From a virus (taxonomy: Duplodnaviria > Caudoviricetes), in IMG/VR virus record IMGVR_UViG_3300028888_000085, positions 1 through 64,000 of that record: DNA of 64,000 bases. One strand, given 5' to 3'. Every line of letters begins with the position of its first letter. Within the stretch, counting starts at the first letter, position 1. The position numbers and the translations under genes were made by a program. The notes under the pieces were generated by a model that saw nothing but the letters and a program-made list of their open reading frames with translations, was not told the origin of the DNA and ran no database searches. Below, in pieces: positions 29,539 to 40,128 of this stretch.

Positions 29539-31140
29539 ATGCGTAGTGTTTCTTTAATCACTTGGAATCCTGAGGAAGAGTATTATGAAATGAGTGTCAA
29601 ACACTTAAAAGTGGGTGACGACACTGGTAACATATCGTTGTCAAAGGAAGTGCTTCAAAATGTAGCTTGTTTTGAAATTAGCAAGGCAGAAGCATACTCA
29701 GACGACCCAGCATACAAGCTCCGTATGCTTGGTGGTAACTTTGAAACTGGTGAACACGGACGCATTCATGTCTCGAATCCGACTTTTTTTGCAGGTGGTT
29801 TGAAAGCAAATTCTTTTGGTGTGCAGGGAAGTATGCAGTGTATTGGAGAATCACGATTTTTCTCCAAAGCGACTTTCGGAAGAGCTGAGTTTACTCAGAT
29901 TACTATCGGTCAGTATACATTGAATGAAGAGACTCTTGGAGGTCTTCTTGAAGGAACGGGTGGCTCTTCTGTTGACATGAGCCGTTTCGTATCGACGCAT
30001 TCTCAAAATGACGAAACCGTAGGCGACTATCAGGAGATTCTTGGAGACAAGTGTTTTAAAAACCGTATCCTGGTCGGCGGCAGTATTATGCCATTAGACG
30101 ATGGTTACTGGCACGCTATCGGTGCTAAGACATACCCCTTTGACAGTGTTTTTTCGACTTCCGTTAGAACTTCGGAGATTTGGTCTCTTCCTGAGGATTC
30201 TTTTAAGAGCACGGTTCATTGTCATCTTGTTCCAAAACACTATTTGAACCCGGATACTTCTGAAAGTGTTCTGATGAACCTTGGTGAGGAAGGTGACCGA
30301 TGGAATACCGTTTATGCGTTTAATGTTCATACGCAGTCTGTACTTGCATCTGATGTGACGACAAGCACAGCCTCTGTTCGCAATATCACCGTTTCTGAAT
30401 CTCTCAAGATAGGTGATGCATTGCTGACGGAAGAGTCGATTGGTGAGCTTGCGATTTTTGACCCGAGCAAGATACTTTCGATGGAAGACGTGTTAAATGA
30501 GTCAGAGCAAACGATTGAGTATGTTGTCAAGCCTTTGTCTGGAGACTTTGATGAACAAGGTTGTATTCGTTTTGACCATAAAGTTATGATGAATAAAAAT
30601 CTTACCGTAAACGGTACGTTTTATCTGTCGGATTTGGCACTTACTAAGTCTTACTTTGAGAATGTCACTTCAAGATTAAGCAGCTCTGAAACGAACATCA
30701 GCCAGCTCAGCACAGACCTTACTGATGTTCGTTTCAGAGTCGGTACATTGCGGGTACAGGGTTACACAGGCACATCTGATGAAGTGCATTCGTTAAACTT
30801 CAAGTTCGACAATAATGATTTCAGGTGTATTACTCCTGAAGGTCTTCCGGTCGAGCTTGCAACCTTCTATGACAGTGTGGCTCAACTTGGTGGAGAACTC
30901 CCATATCCTGTTGGTGCCCTCGGGCTGTTCCATGTTTTCAATCAGATTGGCACATTGGGTGTTGGGTATTCTGTTACACTTCCTAACAGTAACTTTACTG
31001 TCAGAGCCATTGCTTTAGGTTTGCAGGATTCAGTTGTAAAAGCCTCATCCGGTGGTGCCTTGATTACAGAAGGTACATGGCATTTGCTTACAGTGTGTCT
31101 TGAGGGTGAAAGTGTTGCACTTATGATACGTGTCTCGTAA
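29539..31140 (+). CDS. Tail fibre-like protein
   Basis: Fibre-like motifs QEILGDKCF and LGEEGDRWNTVYA; short coiled coil. Confidence 0.5.
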   Translation: MRSVSLITWNPEEEYYEMSVKHLKVGDDTGNISLSKEVLQNVACFEISKAEAYSDDPAYKLRMLGGNFETGEHGRIHVSNPTFFAGGLKANSFGVQGSMQCIGESRFFSKATFGRAEFTQITIGQYTLNEETLGGLLEGTGGSSVDMSRFVSTHSQNDETVGDYQEILGDKCFKNRILVGGSIMPLDDGYWHAIGAKTYPFDSVFSTSVRTSEIWSLPEDSFKSTVHCHLVPKHYLNPDTSESVLMNLGEEGDRWNTVYAFNVHTQSVLASDVTTSTASVRNITVSESLKIGDALLTEESIGELAIFDPSKILSMEDVLNESEQTIEYVVKPLSGDFDEQGCIRFDHKVMMNKNLTVNGTFYLSDLALTKSYFENVTSRLSSSETNISQLSTDLTDVRFRVGTLRVQGYTGTSDEVHSLNFKFDNNDFRCITPEGLPVELATFYDSVAQLGGELPYPVGALGLFHVFNQIGTLGVGYSVTLPNSNFTVRAIALGLQDSVVKASSGGALITEGTWHLLTVCLEGESVALMIRVS

Positions 31141-31196
31141 TCTGTATCTAACATATAGTTATGGTTTTGCCTTTGTAGGAAGATTTGTAGAGGGGT

Positions 31197-31706
31197 ATGG
31201 TTATGGTAAAAGCAGAGGTTAAGAATTTACGACGTGTTAAGACCGGCGTGTGGGTTGGCGGAAAACGGTATATTTTCCCAGCAGGGATTCAGGTCAGAAT
31301 GAACCTTACGGATGAGATGCTTCGTGAGCTTCAACGCAACAATGCGTTCTCTGTAAAGGTTATTTCCATCCTTTCGGATAATGGAAATGCAGTACGTAAA
31401 CCTGTAGAGAACGACACAATACCTAACGAAACACCGATTGCTACTGTCGAACCCGTTTCGTCAGAAGAACCTCAGGGCGTTGAAGAAACTACGGATACGG
31501 TAGAACAGGTTTCTTCTGACGAAACATCCGCTATGGATGCAAATATCGTTGAAGTTAATGAAGCACTAGAAGAGGCATCGGAAGCTCCTAAGAAAGAGAT
31601 TTTTACTATGAAAAAAGACGAACTCGCTGCGTATCTTTCGTCAAAAGGTATCGACCCTGATGGTATGAGCCGAAAAGAAATGCTCAAAGCCGCAAAGAAT
31701 CTTTAA
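31197..31706 (+). CDS. Hypothetical protein with a C-terminal HeH/Rho-N-like domain
   Basis: MKKDELAAYLSSKGID...SRKEML after an acidic linker. Confidence 0.55.
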   Translation: MVMVKAEVKNLRRVKTGVWVGGKRYIFPAGIQVRMNLTDEMLRELQRNNAFSVKVISILSDNGNAVRKPVENDTIPNETPIATVEPVSSEEPQGVEETTDTVEQVSSDETSAMDANIVEVNEALEEASEAPKKEIFTMKKDELAAYLSSKGIDPDGMSRKEMLKAAKNL

Positions 31707-31723
31707 TCGTTTGGAGTCACGTT

Positions 31724-32146
31724 ATGTCACGCAAGGAAGATTCTGTTGTAAGTAAGATACTGGACATGCTGGATGTTGATGCAGATGAGCAGCCGTATGT
31801 TATTGCTTGTCGTAACGATGTATGCCTTTCGCCATCCATGTTTGACGAATGGTTATGCGACTGTTTCAATGATGCCGTTTCAGATACGGTTCGTGCTTTG
31901 AGTGTAGCAAATGCTGATGCACATCTGAGGTCATGCATCCTGTCCGGTGAGGGTGATGATGAGGTGTACGGAGTAACGGCGTATCTGTTTGAGGACGATG
32001 AATCTTTGGAAGAATTCGTTTCCGATTACGGTACGTGCGACAATGTAACCATCATTACCGAGCTTGAAGAGCGTTGCGATTATGTGACGACAACCATGTT
32101 CGAGTTGGTCTGCAATGAACGTGAAGTTCACAAACTCTTGAAATAA
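31724..32146 (+). CDS. Acidic hypothetical protein
   Basis: GGAG RBS; 140 aa. Confidence 0.7.
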   Translation: MSRKEDSVVSKILDMLDVDADEQPYVIACRNDVCLSPSMFDEWLCDCFNDAVSDTVRALSVANADAHLRSCILSGEGDDEVYGVTAYLFEDDESLEEFVSDYGTCDNVTIITELEERCDYVTTTMFELVCNEREVHKLLK

Positions 32147-32158
32147 GGAGGTACGTGT

Positions 32159-33466
32159 ATGATACGAAGTAAAAAACGTCGTTATGAATCATTGAACAAT
32201 GACGATAAACGGAAAGCAGTAGCGAAGTTTTTTGGCATTAACCCATCTGAAATCGAAGTTGCTTCTGTGACTGGGTATGACGGCCCTGTGACACAGGCGA
32301 TAATTGGTGAGAATGAGTTCTGGATTCTTTCAGAGGATGAAGCCTATCGTGAAGCAACAGAATCGTTTTTAAACACAGGGTTTCGTGGTGCAGATATAGA
32401 ACGCGATTCTTATCTGAACATGGCTGCGCGTAATTGTCCGTTCGACCTTGATGCTGTTGCTGAGTATTACTGTGATTATATGAACGATGTAGACGATGAA
32501 GGCGACGAGCGTTCGTATGACGAGATTCGTGAAGACGAATATGCACTTGAACAGTGGGCTGAGGACACGTTTTCCATTGAAGACCTTTGGGATAATGATT
32601 TGATCGACAAAGAACAGTTCTGTAGCAATATCTGGGATATGGACGGTATTGGTATGGAACTCGACATGGAGCAGCGTACTGAAAGCACTGTTTTCAATGG
32701 TGAGACTCTTTACATTGTTTTGCGTGATGGTGAGTGGCCGGATGTCGCGAATGAAAGCAAGCGTCCTGCTGTCAAGGCAAGAAAGCGTCGTGTTGAAACC
32801 AAAACCCGCAAGGTGTGTTCAATTCCATGTATTCTGAAATCCAACAGACGGAGACATTTCGAGGATGCTACGGACGAACTTTCCGATGCCGTTGATGTTA
32901 TTGAAGGCAAGGACTCGTTTATTGCACGTGCTTTCAAATTTGAGGTTCGTCCGGCAAACAGCAATGGCATGATAAAGAATGGAAAGTTTGTCGGAAAGCT
33001 GTCTGCAAATCTGACGATGCGTTATGAAGGGGCTGAATGTTCTGTCTCCATTACAGATACCAAAGCGGAAATGACCGTCGATGAAATGCCGGATGTGACC
33101 ACTTCACTGTATGCCGTGACCGTACAGCTTCCGACAAATCGCCGTGATGTTCAAATTGAGCGTGAAGGTGATGGTTACGTTATTCACATTGCTGCCGATT
33201 GTAATGTGGACTGCCCTGAGACAATGAAATCGTTTAGTTCCCTTTGTTACTGTCATTTCACGTTCCATGTCACGAACAAACGAACTGTCGGTAAGATGTC
33301 TGCATGGATTCTTGAGGGTGTCGATGACAGGATGAAGAAACGTGGTAGTCGTAGAGGCCGTTCATCGCTTGCAGGTCTTGTTGATTTGGATATGTTCTCT
33401 GATGGAACTTCCTACGATGACATTGACTATGCCTTAAATTCAGGTGATTTCTCTTCGCTGTTTTAA
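32159..33466 (+). CDS. Putative head-packaged polyprotein (2 modules, the first highly acidic)
   Basis: Leader MIRSKKRRYES. Linker NESKRPAVKARKRRVE...SNRRRHFE. Confidence 0.6.
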   Translation: MIRSKKRRYESLNNDDKRKAVAKFFGINPSEIEVASVTGYDGPVTQAIIGENEFWILSEDEAYREATESFLNTGFRGADIERDSYLNMAARNCPFDLDAVAEYYCDYMNDVDDEGDERSYDEIREDEYALEQWAEDTFSIEDLWDNDLIDKEQFCSNIWDMDGIGMELDMEQRTESTVFNGETLYIVLRDGEWPDVANESKRPAVKARKRRVETKTRKVCSIPCILKSNRRRHFEDATDELSDAVDVIEGKDSFIARAFKFEVRPANSNGMIKNGKFVGKLSANLTMRYEGAECSVSITDTKAEMTVDEMPDVTTSLYAVTVQLPTNRRDVQIEREGDGYVIHIAADCNVDCPETMKSFSSLCYCHFTFHVTNKRTVGKMSAWILEGVDDRMKKRGSRRGRSSLAGLVDLDMFSDGTSYDDIDYALNSGDFSSLF

Positions 33467-33496
33467 GTTTTTGTGATTGATTATTCTTGTTATGCT

Positions 33497-33527
33497 AAAG
33501 CCACCATGCTTCATTTATGGTGGCTTT
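33497..33527 (+). terminator. Terminator-like hairpin
   Basis: AAAGCCACCAT...ATGGTGGCTTT. Confidence 0.65.
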
Positions 33528-33580
33528 GTTGTATCAAAAAACAAGGATACGTATGTTAGTTCCTTTCCGGGAGAGTACAA

Positions 33581-34267
33581 ATGCTTTTAGACCGTGCAAG
33601 ATGGGTGAACGAAATCAAGACACGTTTAGGGTATCCCGTCGTGAACATCGAGATAAGCGATGACGTAATAAGTCAACAATGCGATATTGCCATACGAAAA
33701 GTCGCACCTTATCTCAATTCAGTTGATGTGTTCACGGTAGGGTCTTCCACTGTTAAATTTACCGATAAACTTGTCTATGCTGTTTTGCGTGTGCATTCGC
33801 CGTCAGGTACGTATGCACAATCAAATTATCAGGCGACAACGGACATCATTCAGATGAATATGTACTATGGCAGCCTTGGTAACAGTACGGCGTTCTCGAA
33901 TGGTCTTCAGCAGTCTTTACTTGCACAGACGTTATACAACAACCTTGAGGAAACCGTTGACGACATCGGGTTTCGTTTGGCAGGCGACACGCTTTACATT
34001 GATGGTCAGAAACCGCCTTATACGGTAGAGGCAATCACCGAAAAAAGCGTAGAGAACATGCCAGAAAACTATGTCAACTGGTGTTTTGAGTATTCTCTTG
34101 CGTTGACCAAACTGATACTCGGTCGTATCTATTCAAAAGTGACCATTCAGGGTTCGCCGGTCACACTGTCTTCGTCTGATCTTTTGAGTGAGGGTAACAG
34201 TGCAATAAACGAGCTGGAACAGAAGCTCGGCACCGTGTCACACAGCTTGTTTTACTGCATGAGGTAG
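33581..34267 (+). CDS. Neck protein (T4 gp13-like)
   Basis: RLGYPVVNIEISDD and WCFEYSLALTKLILG...LLSEG parallel the two ends of gp13. Confidence 0.8.
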   Translation: MLLDRARWVNEIKTRLGYPVVNIEISDDVISQQCDIAIRKVAPYLNSVDVFTVGSSTVKFTDKLVYAVLRVHSPSGTYAQSNYQATTDIIQMNMYYGSLGNSTAFSNGLQQSLLAQTLYNNLEETVDDIGFRLAGDTLYIDGQKPPYTVEAITEKSVENMPENYVNWCFEYSLALTKLILGRIYSKVTIQGSPVTLSSSDLLSEGNSAINELEQKLGTVSHSLFYCMR

Positions 34268-34270
34268 CGT

Positions 34271-37200
34271 ATGAAATTTAAAGAGTTCCTTGACTTTATT
34301 TACCGTGAGTTAAACGCACGCAAAATGGATTACTTCATGGACTGTGAGTATCAGTTCATCGTCTGTGAGGGAGAATCCAGTCGTGTAATTAAAAAACTCT
34401 CTCTGTCTCAAAGAGACTTTAACGCTCAGGACAAGGCATACAAGTCCTTTTTGAAATCCTTGGAAAAGACCGTTCGAGATGCACTCAATACGGGTATGTG
34501 GTCTGTGACGATGCGTGTTGCTATTGCGGACACGTTTAACGGTCGTGGCGGAAACTTAGGTTTCCTTGAGATGCAGAGTCCAAGAATGGCAGACTGGAAG
34601 GTCAGTGATTCGACAAAGAATTTCATTACGAAAGCATTGAACCAGATTGATGGCGGACGTGGAAGACGTGAGTGTGTCGTTAAAACGTTACGTGGCAAGA
34701 CTTTGAACAGAACACGTAATCGTAAAGTTGAACGTACTGCGTATAATTCTGATGACATGATGCGTGCATCGTACAACCTTGTTGACCAGATTAAGTCGTA
34801 TGCAAGAAAGCATCAGGGAATCAAGTTCTATCAGTGCAAGCCACGTGACATGGTGAAAGTCTATGATTACGAGCAGTCAAAGTATGTATGGATTGACTGT
34901 GTAGGGTTGGATTCGTCACATTACGGCGACCAACCTGTATTTTCAGACAGCCGTACAGGCATTGATTACACAAGGGATGATTTTAACCCTGCTGATGTGG
35001 TGAGACTGTGTGCAACATTCTCATCCATGCTTAGTGTCGGTGAAGGTCGAAACACGAAGTCCAGGACACGTTATCTGCATAAGACGTTAGAAGGTTTTAA
35101 CGATGGCGATGTTGAAGAAATTTACGATACGGACGCAAATGGTAATCAGACGTTAGTTGACCGTCGTGTTTATGGTATCAGCATCATGCCTGACCCAAAA
35201 GGAAACATCCCTCTCATTGAAGAGATTAAGAGCTATGTTCGATTCCTGAAAACAGGACAAGTTCCGCGTAAAAGTAATCTTGAACCATCATCCACATCGA
35301 AGCAGCGTCTCGCCGCATTGAAAGCTCAGTATGGTGATGACTGGAAATCGCATGTAAACAGTACGGATGTTGCACAGCCAAAGGATTCTGATTCGCTTAT
35401 CGTTACTGACTTCTCGAACAAGCGTGTTGCAATGGGTAATCTCAAGAAGCTGATGATTGCCGCTGTTAAGAACAATGTCATTTCTCAGGAAGAGCTTCTT
35501 GAGATTTTGCACCCTCTGAATGATAACGATACTGCGGATTCGGTTCGTATGTCGATTCTTCGTGATAATCCGGAATTGGCGGATATTCTGCCGGTTGTGT
35601 TTGGTGACATCGACACGAAAGAACTTGAGCATGGCGTAGGCTCGCACGCTCATGGAATGGACTTTGATGACCTCTTGGATGACCCTTCCAAACACGATGC
35701 GGCTGCACGTATTACCGGTGATTCTCCGAAAGACCCGGAAACAGGAAAACGTGCAAGAACAGGCGGACCTGGAAAGCGTCTTGATTGGGAACAATCTTCT
35801 TACCGTGCAATCGCTGAACAAGAAGCGAATGCATACATTTCAATGCTTACGGATGTAACCGGCGGCAAAGGCTCAACTAAGGTTGTTGGTCGTGAAGAAG
35901 CTCTGAACAAACAGGATGCGACTGACATGATTATTGCCATTCAGTCTGACTTCCAAGGCAAGGGTTCAAAAGCAACGGGACGCAATTTTGCTGATGCCTG
36001 GATGGGTGACCCGTCACGTGAGGATTACGGCTTTGATACTGAACATGCTGTTTATGGTGGTATCTCTGTGTCGTTCGGTGGTTTTGCCCGGCGTGAACCT
36101 GAGATAGGCAAGAGCGGTAAACCGTTACGTGGCGGAAAGGTAAGTTACAATGTCAGTGGTCGTGGTGCTAATGCACCTGACTGGAGTTGTTCATTAAGCA
36201 TTAAAATTGCTGCTCCGTATGTCGGCAGTCTTGATGACCCACAGGCAGAGCATGACCTCATTCCGTTCTGTGTCTCTGTAAGTCTTGGACAGATGAATGG
36301 TGTTCAGAGTGTTGGTCGTAAGAAACTCGAAGAGCATATTGACCGTGTGTTCTCAGGTCTGGTCAAAACCCGTGGTCGTGCTTATGGATGTTCCCTCGTG
36401 GATAACGTGTATAATGCGACTGCTATGTGCCGTGAAGTCGATGCCGACAAACAAGTGGAAGGGCTGAAATTCCTTACCCGTTGTGCATGTGCTGCCTTCG
36501 GTGAGTGTATTGACCTTGTTGATGGAATCGACATTGACGATTCTGCAAGCATTCGTAATATGGTTAATGTGAACGTGTTCGAGAGCCGCACACGTAAATC
36601 TTTACGTAACAGTAACAGTAAAAGACGTAATGAAGCTATGGTATACAGCAGAGATGAGGATTACCCAATTCAGGAGTTGATTGAATGGGTAAACATGAAT
36701 GGAGTCCCTTCCATTGAGTCAGAAATAACTGCTTCTGATGTACGTGATTTCAGAGAGCTTTGCGCAGATGGGTGGGTAAAGTTGAATGACAATTACATTC
36801 AGCAGCTTCTTCGTGACATGAGCTATATTAAGAAGCATACCACATCTCGCCGTCAGTTCCTTACTCCATCGGAGAAAAAAGAACTGCGTGATGATATGGA
36901 AGAGTTGTTCGATGCCTTTGAGCGGTTTGACGATTCCATTGTGGATGACCCCGTTGCCATCTTTATCCGTGATAATGCGAACCGTGGCGGAAATGGAAGT
37001 GAGATGCCTTACTACCTTGAGTCGAGTATTCGCAACTGCCGTAACTGGGTTCAGGATAACAAGAAAGATAATGAAGAACTGTCGTTCTATGCGACAGATA
37101 TTCTTGACTGTCTTGACCAGATTGAGGATTCTTTTAATGAAAAACATTATTCCTGCGATGCTTCTCGCTTAGGGTATGGCGATGCTTCTTTTGAGATTAA

Positions 37201-37528
37201 AGATGATTCGTCACTTCCAAAGTATTTGGACATTCTCAAAGGTCGTGGAAAAGTGTCGATGCAGGACTTTGAAGAGATGTATGAAGAAGTTGAGCGTATA
37301 GACGGTACTGTCGAGGCTATGTTTGATTTAGACCTTGAGCAGATAGATTCACTTGAGGAATCTTTATCCATTGATTCTGACCTTGAAGGTCTGTTCAAAG
37401 ATTTGCGTGATTTATGGCTAAAGGTGATTGATGCCATAGATGGATTCCCCGGACATCTTCAAAACAATTTAAGATTCTCGTGGGAAAGCGTTAATCGAAA
37501 CAGCATAAGACGTAAGATGAATATCTAA
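34271..37528 (+). CDS. Large putative head-packaged polyprotein (4 or more modules)
   Basis: Starts MKFKEF. Linkers GRRE...RNRKVE, GEGRNTKSR...KTLE and FESRTRKSLRNSNSKRRNE. Tail WESVNRNSIRRKMNI. Confidence 0.6.
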   Translation: MKFKEFLDFIYRELNARKMDYFMDCEYQFIVCEGESSRVIKKLSLSQRDFNAQDKAYKSFLKSLEKTVRDALNTGMWSVTMRVAIADTFNGRGGNLGFLEMQSPRMADWKVSDSTKNFITKALNQIDGGRGRRECVVKTLRGKTLNRTRNRKVERTAYNSDDMMRASYNLVDQIKSYARKHQGIKFYQCKPRDMVKVYDYEQSKYVWIDCVGLDSSHYGDQPVFSDSRTGIDYTRDDFNPADVVRLCATFSSMLSVGEGRNTKSRTRYLHKTLEGFNDGDVEEIYDTDANGNQTLVDRRVYGISIMPDPKGNIPLIEEIKSYVRFLKTGQVPRKSNLEPSSTSKQRLAALKAQYGDDWKSHVNSTDVAQPKDSDSLIVTDFSNKRVAMGNLKKLMIAAVKNNVISQEELLEILHPLNDNDTADSVRMSILRDNPELADILPVVFGDIDTKELEHGVGSHAHGMDFDDLLDDPSKHDAAARITGDSPKDPETGKRARTGGPGKRLDWEQSSYRAIAEQEANAYISMLTDVTGGKGSTKVVGREEALNKQDATDMIIAIQSDFQGKGSKATGRNFADAWMGDPSREDYGFDTEHAVYGGISVSFGGFARREPEIGKSGKPLRGGKVSYNVSGRGANAPDWSCSLSIKIAAPYVGSLDDPQAEHDLIPFCVSVSLGQMNGVQSVGRKKLEEHIDRVFSGLVKTRGRAYGCSLVDNVYNATAMCREVDADKQVEGLKFLTRCACAAFGECIDLVDGIDIDDSASIRNMVNVNVFESRTRKSLRNSNSKRRNEAMVYSRDEDYPIQELIEWVNMNGVPSIESEITASDVRDFRELCADGWVKLNDNYIQQLLRDMSYIKKHTTSRRQFLTPSEKKELRDDMEELFDAFERFDDSIVDDPVAIFIRDNANRGGNGSEMPYYLESSIRNCRNWVQDNKKDNEELSFYATDILDCLDQIEDSFNEKHYSCDASRLGYGDASFEIKDDSSLPKYLDILKGRGKVSMQDFEEMYEEVERIDGTVEAMFDLDLEQIDSLEESLSIDSDLEGLFKDLRDLWLKVIDAIDGFPGHLQNNLRFSWESVNRNSIRRKMNI

Positions 37529-37607
37529 TCTGTGTGCAGTCCTCTTGCGTGTTTGAAGAAAAATCCCTGTGTTCTCCGTCATAGGGATTTTTCTTTATAT
37601 GGTACTC

Positions 37608-37706
37608 AAATTTGCCCTGTACTAAAAAGTTACGTCCTTATCCTGGTGAGTACACACATAAAACAAAAATGCGTCAGAACGCAAATTAGACCCATTTACG
37701 GATGTG
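37608..37706 (+). repeat. Dispersed ~90-bp intergenic element, copy B
   Basis: AAATTTGCCCTGTACTAAAAAGTTACG...GAGTACAC...AAAACAAAAAT...GCAAATTAGACCC. Confidence 0.9.
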
Positions 37707-37724
37707 TTTGTTCAGGAGGTAAAA

Positions 37725-38453
37725 ATGGCACGTAAAATCGTTGATATCCGTGATTACGATATGGGGTTGCTTCGTCGGTTTCAGTTCTTCTATCCAAACA
37801 CGGTATGGGTGAATCGTGCGAGCATTTCCATCGCTGAAATCAGGGACAATAAGATTTACGAGGGGCAGGATATTTCATTTCCAGTCCTGATTCTTCGTAG
37901 AACCCAATGTCCTGTGATTTATAAAGACAACAATACGTATTCGCAGTTAAAGACAGGTGACCGAAGAACGAACATGATGTCTCCTGAGCAGATAGCCGAG
38001 CATGGATATCCTGATGACCTTACCATTGTGAACAGTTCGTATGAGCTGAAATATGACCTTGAGATTATCGCTCTTGACCGGGATAACTTTGATGAACTTG
38101 TCGTTGAGGCACAGGAAAACCTTATACGTTTTCCATATCTTACGTTCGATGCTGATGATGCTATCGTTGATGGTATGAGTGTGCATTTGCTTTTTGATGG
38201 TATACAGGATAATTCCGATTTGGACAATTTCGATGAGCACACACCATTTTATCGTGCGACCTTGTCATTGACGTTGCGTGCCTGGATATTCCGTAAATAT
38301 CGCAGGTATCAGGTTGACGACATGGGTATTCACATGAAAGTTAAAGATACGGACAAATCAAAAGGTATTGTGACAGAGCTTGAGGTTCACGCACCACGTG
38401 AGGAATTTGTACCACAAGGAGGAATCGATGTTAAAACGGGTCTTAAAAAATAG
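37725..38453 (+). CDS. Tail terminator/completion protein (T4 gp15-like)
   Basis: AGGAGG RBS. YELKYDLEIIALDRDNFDELV and RATLSLTLRAWIF resemble gp15-type folds. Confidence 0.55.
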   Translation: MARKIVDIRDYDMGLLRRFQFFYPNTVWVNRASISIAEIRDNKIYEGQDISFPVLILRRTQCPVIYKDNNTYSQLKTGDRRTNMMSPEQIAEHGYPDDLTIVNSSYELKYDLEIIALDRDNFDELVVEAQENLIRFPYLTFDADDAIVDGMSVHLLFDGIQDNSDLDNFDEHTPFYRATLSLTLRAWIFRKYRRYQVDDMGIHMKVKDTDKSKGIVTELEVHAPREEFVPQGGIDVKTGLKK

Positions 38454-39636
38454 AGTTTTTTGTAATGAATCAGAAGCGCAAGATGCCAAGTGGCGTCTTG
38501 ATGTGGCACAGGACATCTGTCAGGCATTGAACATCGTTGACCATTTCTCTGATGGCGACAAGTGGGAAGTTATTCCACATGAATCTGACGGGTATGTTAC
38601 TGTAAGGAACACTTCGGATGACGACTATATGGACGGGTTGTTCTGTGAAGTCGAAATCGACAATGTTTGGGCGAAATGTTTTGCAGCCCCAAACAGAGAT
38701 GGCGGTGATTACGTTCTTATCGGTAAGGTTCGGTGGATGGCACGTGACCTTCTGGACAAGGTTACGGCTCTTGTTGGTTGCGGTGCTGAATGTTCCATTG
38801 AATCAAGGAAACGTAAAAGAAATGAATCTGACTATGATGAAGATGAGTATGAAGATGAGGAAATGTCCGATGAGGATATTGAGGCATGGATTTCTGACCT
38901 GTATGATGTGACAGTGGATGCATCACAGGAAGGTAAGATTTTCGTCCTTAAGGTAAGGCTGGATGCTCGTAAGATGCTCAAGGTTGAACTGTACAGGGAT
39001 TCTTCCGGTCCTGGTACTTCCACATGGTATGCCCATTTCACGACTCCGAGATATGTTTATTCAAAAGAGTTTCATCTGAATGCAGAAGACGAAAGAGCTT
39101 ATGCTGTAGAGCTTGCCATGAAGTTTGCGGACAGTAAAGATTGGTTCGCAGAAGACTTTGAAGATGACGTTGAAGACTATGATGAACAGCGTAATTTAGG
39201 CAATCATCGTTTCCGTAAGGAAGCAAGATATGGTCGTAACCGTGTACGTAAATTTGAGAGTGCTGTTTATTCACAGAAATATGCAGACAGGGCAAAAGAA
39301 CTGGATGGTCTTAAAGGACAGGAACTTTTTGATGCACTCAAACCCGGAGATATTCTTCAAGGAATTTGGGGTTACAACAGAACGATTACAGACTACTTTA
39401 TCGTGAAACGAAAGACCGCAAAGCGCGTTATTGTTCATCAGATTGAACGAAAGAATGGTGACCAACCGAACGATTCCTGGGGCGGTTGGTCTGTATGCCC
39501 TGTACTTCCACCGAAAGAGATGGAACGTGAAAAAGACCGCCAGGGAACTCCTGATGGTGATGCAATCAAATTGGCGGACTACCCAAAATACCTTCGCATT
39601 TACAAAGGCGATTACGGTTGGGAGAATATGGATTAG
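38428..39636 (+). CDS. Putative head-packaged polyprotein (3 modules)
   Basis: AAGGAGG RBS. Leader MLKRVLKNRVFCNES. Linkers ESRKRKRNES and RFRKEARYGRNRVRKFES. Confidence 0.6.
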   Translation: MLKRVLKNRVFCNESEAQDAKWRLDVAQDICQALNIVDHFSDGDKWEVIPHESDGYVTVRNTSDDDYMDGLFCEVEIDNVWAKCFAAPNRDGGDYVLIGKVRWMARDLLDKVTALVGCGAECSIESRKRKRNESDYDEDEYEDEEMSDEDIEAWISDLYDVTVDASQEGKIFVLKVRLDARKMLKVELYRDSSGPGTSTWYAHFTTPRYVYSKEFHLNAEDERAYAVELAMKFADSKDWFAEDFEDDVEDYDEQRNLGNHRFRKEARYGRNRVRKFESAVYSQKYADRAKELDGLKGQELFDALKPGDILQGIWGYNRTITDYFIVKRKTAKRVIVHQIERKNGDQPNDSWGGWSVCPVLPPKEMEREKDRQGTPDGDAIKLADYPKYLRIYKGDYGWENMD

Positions 39637-39722
39637 TTCTGTCTTGTATCTAACTTAAAGAATCTATGGTGCACAATAGTCAAATCATGTGCACCTTTTG
39701 CACATGATTTGGAGATTTCATT

Positions 39723-40115
39723 ATGTACAGAAACGATAAACTTGAAATTGCTTCACAGGATTTCGTTAAGTCATTGACTAAGACACGGGCGATGGAAGAC
39801 AGTCAACCTGCTGACCGTGTTTCTCTGGGTTTCGATGCTGTACTCGCACAGCTTCAGGAACTGGTTTCGACTCTGTCTGACCGTGTTGCACGTGGAGAAG
39901 CCGTAATTGACCGTGTTGAAGAGGCATTGTCCAATATCGGTATCGACTTGGATGAAGCAGAGGCAGAAGCTGAGAATGCCGAAGACGAAGACAGTGAAAA
40001 CGCTTCTGATGAGGAAACAGGCGGTGAGGGTGGTGAAGAACCATCACCTGAAGAAGGCGAAGAACCTGCACCAGAGGAAGGTGAAGAAGAGCCTGAAAAC
40101 AACAACTTTGATTAA
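39723..40115 (+). CDS. Small very acidic protein (possible prohead core component)
   Basis: Helical N-terminus with a Glu-rich tail. Confidence 0.5.
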   Translation: MYRNDKLEIASQDFVKSLTKTRAMEDSQPADRVSLGFDAVLAQLQELVSTLSDRVARGEAVIDRVEEALSNIGIDLDEAEAEAENAEDEDSENASDEETGGEGGEEPSPEEGEEPAPEEGEEEPENNNFD

Positions 40116-40128
40116 CAGGAGATACGGT

